From Eledone cirrhosa (taxonomy: Eukaryota), in the NCBI GenBank assembly GCA_964016885.1, contig OZ024740.1, positions 7,006,001 to 7,070,000 of the forward strand: a stretch of 64,000 nucleotides of DNA, read 5' to 3'. Under the pieces are notes generated by a model. The model saw only the letters and a program-made list of their open reading frames with translations, ran no database searches and was not told where the DNA came from. Both the position numbers and the translations under genes were made by a program. Below, one piece after another: positions 60,079-64,000 of the stretch (its first letter is position 1; every line of letters starts with the position of its first letter).

Positions 60079-60392
60079 TAGCGTTACTTCTGTGTTGGAA
60101 GTAGTGTCACCCCTGTATTGGAGGTAGTGCTACCTCTGTAGTGGAAGTGATACTTCTGTATTGGAGATAGTGTTATCACTGTATTGGAGGTAGTATTACC
60201 TCTGTATTGGAGGTAGTGTTATCTCTGCATTGGAGGTAGTGTCACCTTTGTATTGGAGGTAGTATTATCTCTGCATTGGAGATAGTGTTACCTCTGCATT
60301 GGAGGTAGTGTCACCTCTGTATTGGAGGTAATGTCACCTCTGTATTGGAGGTAGTACTACTTCTGTATTAGAGTTAGCGATACCTGTGTATT
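60079..60392 (+). repeat. 23-bp minisatellite (about 13 copies)
   Basis: Consensus GTATTGGAGGTAGTGTTACCTCT, with starts at 60181, 60204 and onward. Each unit has an internal inverted repeat GAGGTA-N4-TACCTC. Confidence 0.95.
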
Positions 60393-60805
60393 ATAGAGAC
60401 CTACTAAATACTTTACCTAAACAACTAACCCTTAAATTTAATTGTAAGGGATCGGATGTTCAATATTATTGCCCCTCACCCATCACACACAAACAGAAAA
60501 CATTTTAAAATAAGGAATCATTGTGGGAGCCTCTTCATACCTTACTGTCTTTCGAAAATGGAAGGACACATTTGATGATAGGGTTCTGGTTATACTATGC
60601 CTGTAAAAATGATGGGATGGCTACGGCTGCAATGTCATTGATCAAATCTTCCCGAACTTCACCCACTAAATCTCCGCTTTTACAACGAGGACCACATATT
60701 TTAACCTATCTTTGAAGTGGGGGAAAACACCCCTGAATATGAAGCAGGGATTGCCATGGCTCGGCCCCTTCTAGCCTGTATTAGTCTCATATTAACTGTA
60801 ACATT

Positions 60806-60870
60806 TAGGCCTCAAAGCTGGTGATAAGCCCAGGTCAGATGGGAAATATAGGCCCCATGAACTGCCAATA
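60806..60870 (-). repeat. Single inverted, diverged copy of the 46-bp satellite monomer plus its flank (putative left TIR)
   Basis: The reverse complement TATTGGCAGTTCATGGGGCCTATATTTCCCATCTGACCTGGGCTTATCACCAGCTTTGAGGCCTA aligns with 61971-62040, TAATGCGCAGTTGAAATGAGGCCTACATTTCACATCTGACCTGGGACTATTACCAGCTATGGTGAGGTCT. Confidence 0.88.
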
Positions 60871-61714
60871 GGCTTCCCCTCACATATAGGTGGTAATAGG
60901 TCTGGGTCGTGTAAAATATAGAACCCCACAGCCCTTAGACCCGGTCTCCCACTTTTCAATGGTATATCCTCAGATTTAGAAAATATAGTTTATAAAAAAC
61001 GTCCTGAAATACGTTTGTTGCGAGTTAGTGTCAACCAGAATGTTGTGAAGCCCCCTCACCAGAACTAAAACCTAACGACAGACCAGTAAGAGACACAGCA
61101 AGCCTTAACTCATTCACTCCCTACCATTACATAAAAAATAACACCTAGAAATACCTACATAATTCATATCTCAATGCCTGTCGGAAAATGCCGTGCATAA
61201 AGTGTTCCTTTTACTGGCCGCCATTTTTTTTACTATAATCCTTCTCGTTGTCCCCACTAACATGATTAACACATCCCCAATGAGGAACCCTTTCATTCCT
61301 AACAACTTTTTATTCTCTTCTTTGTAAATAGTGTATTGTATTTGTTTTTCTTTTATGCACCCTTTTTATATTTTAAATATACACACGGCTTGTGAAATAC
61401 AGGATAAGAGAAACAATAAGTGCGGTTCTCAGGTAGCCGGACTTATAACTAGGACGTTGAATCTATGAGTGGCGTCTGGTCGTTTAGTTTATTGTGTGTT
61501 ATAGATGTGTTGGACCAGAGCTAATATAGAACTACAACAAAACACTAACACCCTTAATGTTCTCAAACATCACACAACATCCTATATTCCGCCAGGTTAG
61601 ATCAGAGGTGGAGTCAGATGGGCCAGTTGTGATTAGCTTACGTTTTTGAGAGGGCCTACCCACCCCAGGTTCTTTTATTATGGTCTGTTACGTGTAAGTA
61701 CATCATCTAAAATA

Positions 61715-61942
61715 AATGTACATACACGTAAATGGACATAACAATAATTGTACATACCCGTATATGTATATACACGTATATGTATATATACCCGTATATG
61801 TATATACCCGTAAATGTAAATATACCCGTAAATGTTTATACCCGTATATGTATATACCCGTATATGTACATACCCGTAAATGTACATATCCGTATATGTA
61901 TATATCCATAACTATATATATTCTTAACCCATACATACATTA
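61715..61942 (+). repeat. About 16-20-bp AT-rich minisatellite (TAYATACCCGTAWATG)n
   Basis: About 10 copies of TATACCCGTA(T/A)ATG(TA) with a variable number of TA dinucleotides. Confidence 0.93.
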
Positions 61943-61986
61943 TACTTGTTTGACTGGTTACGAAAATAATTAATGCGCAGTTGAAA

Positions 61987-64000
61987 TGAGGCCTACATTT
62001 CACATCTGACCTGGGACTATTACCAGCTATGGTGAGGTCTACATTTCACATCTGACCTGGGAATAGTACCAGCTATGGTGAGGCCTACATTTCACATCTG
62101 ACCTGGGACTATTACCAGCAATGGTGAGGCCTACATTTCACATCTGACCTGGGACTATTTCCAGCTCCGGCGAGGCCTACATTTCACATCTGACCTGGGA
62201 CTATTACCAGCTCTGGTGAAGTCTACATTTCACATCTGACCTGGGACTATTACCAGTTCTGGTGAAACCTACATTTCACATCTGACCTGGGATTATTACC
62301 AGCTATGGTGAGGCCTACATTTCACATCTGACCTGGGACTAATACCAGCTCTGGTGAGGTCTACATTTAACATGTGACCTGGGACTATTACCAGCTAAGG
62401 TGAGGACTACATTTCACATCTGACCTGGGACTATTACCAGCTATGGCGAGGCCTACATTTCACATCTGACCTGGGACAATAACCAGCTCTGGTGAGGTCT
62501 ACATTTGATATCTGACCTGGGACTATTTCCAGCTACGGTGAGGCTTACATTTCACATCTGACCTGGGACTATTACCAGCTCTGGTGAGGCCTACATCTCA
62601 CATCTGACCTTGGAATATTACCAGCTATGGTAAGGTCTAGATTTCACATCTGACCTGGGACTATTACCAGCTCTGGTGAGGTCTACATTTCACATCTGAC
62701 CTGGGACTATTACCAGCAAAGGTGGGGTCTACATTTCATATCTGACCTGGGACTATTTCCAGCTATGGTGAGGCCTACATTTCACATCTGATCTGAGACT
62801 ATTACCAGCTCTGGTGAGGTCTACATTTCACATCTGACCTGGGAATATTACCAGCTCTGGTGAGGTCTACATTTCACATCTGACCTGGGACTATTACCAG
62901 CTCTGGTGAGGCCTACATTTCACATCTGACCTGGGAATATTACCAGCTCTGGTGATGTCTACCATTCACATATGACCTGGCAATATTACCAGCTATGGTA
63001 AGGTCTAGATTTCACATCTGACCTGGGACTATTACCAGCTATGGTGAGACCTACATTTCACATCTGACCTGGGAGTATTACCAGCTCTGGTGAGACCTAC
63101 TTTCACATCTGACCTGGGACTATTACCAGCTCTGGTGAGGCCTACATTTCACATCTGACCTGGAAATATTACCAGCTATGGTGGGGGCTACATTTCACAT
63201 CTGACCTGGGATATTACCAGCTATGATGAGGCTTACATTTCACATCTCACCTGGGAATATTACCAGATCTGGTGAGGTCTACATTTCACATCTGACCTGG
63301 GACTATTATCAGCTCTGGTGAGGTCTACATTTCACATCTGACCTGGGACTATTACTAGCTCTGGTGAGGTCTACATTTCACATCTGACCTTGGACAATTT
63401 GCAGCTCTGGTGAGGTCTACATATCACATCTAACCTGGGACTATTACCAGCTCTGCTGGGGTCTACAATTCATATCTGACCTGGGACTATTACCAGCTTT
63501 GGTGAGGCCTACATTTCACATCTGATCTTGGATTATTTCCAGCTCTGGTTAGGACTACATTTCACATCTGACCTTGGACTATTACTAGCTGTGGTGAGGT
63601 CTTCATTTCACATCTGACCTGGGACTATTACCATCTGTGGTAAGGTTACTTTTCACATCTGACAAGGGACTATTACCAGCTCTGGTGAGGTCTACATTTC
63701 ACATGTGACCTGGGACAATTACCAGCTCTGGTGAGGCCTACATTTCATATCTGACCTGGGTCTATTACCAGCTGTGGTGAGGCCTACATTTCACATCTGG
63801 TGTGGGACTATTACCAGCTCTGGTTAGGACTACATTTCGCATCTGAACTGGGACTATTACTAGCTGTGGTAAGGTTTATTTTCACATCTGACCTGGGACT
63901 ATTACCAGATCTGGTGATATCTAGATTTCACATCTGACCTGGGACTATTACCAGCTCTGGTGAGGTCTACATTTCACATCTGACTCGTGACTATTCCCAT
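61987..64000 (+). repeat. 46-bp tandem satellite (about 44 copies; continues beyond the right edge)
   Basis: Consensus GAGG(C/T)CTACATTTCACATCTGACCTGGGACTATTACCAGCTCTGGT, with starts at 61988 and 62034 (period 46). Copies are visibly more divergent than the 49-mer and include a few 1-bp indels. Confidence 0.98.

Noticed and set aside
60521-60715. 64-aa ORF (+)
   Set aside because: It is short, has a non-ATG start and no recognisable motif, so it is consistent with chance. A small exon cannot be excluded.
61105-61121. piggyBac-like end TTAA|CTCATTCACTCCC
   Set aside because: No matching inverted end was found in the window, so one short motif is insufficient.
60418-61560. Similar AAAACA..CTAAC(A)CCCTTAA stretches at about 60418 and about 61540, with a single CTAACCCT
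   Set aside because: They are short and AT-rich, do not extend, and do not form a telomeric array or LTR pair.
61678-61973. Three overlapping Y/I/V-rich ORFs
   Set aside because: They are by-products of the TATACCCGTATATG minisatellite being open in several frames on both strands.
61987-64000. Hammerhead ribozyme in the 46-mer (CTGGTGAGGCC resembles CUGAUGAG)
   Set aside because: The core is CUGGUGA and not CUGANGA, and the plus-strand monomer has no GAAA.

Overview
Eukaryotic (animal) repetitive DNA with no credible protein-coding or RNA gene. Bases 1-58644 are one head-to-tail array of a 49-bp satellite (about 1197 copies, open at the left edge). It keeps register throughout apart from one 1-bp loss near 15023, and it contains nested higher-order repeats and two domains with different variant alleles. 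The array stops abruptly and runs into a 3.3-kb flank. The flank holds a degenerate hAT-like MITE interrupted by a Nin/Deu-domain SINE fragment (resembling octopus SINEs, from recall), a complete 369-bp non-autonomous Helitron, and 20-bp, 23-bp and about 16-bp minisatellites. A second, 46-bp satellite runs from about 61987 to the right edge. The most interesting signal is that both large satellites appear to be tandem amplifications of transposon terminal inverted repeats (TIRs) whose partner ends are still visible in the flank, and that the 49-, 46- and 23-bp repeats share sequence motifs. All family assignments are by eye and from recall; no database search was run.
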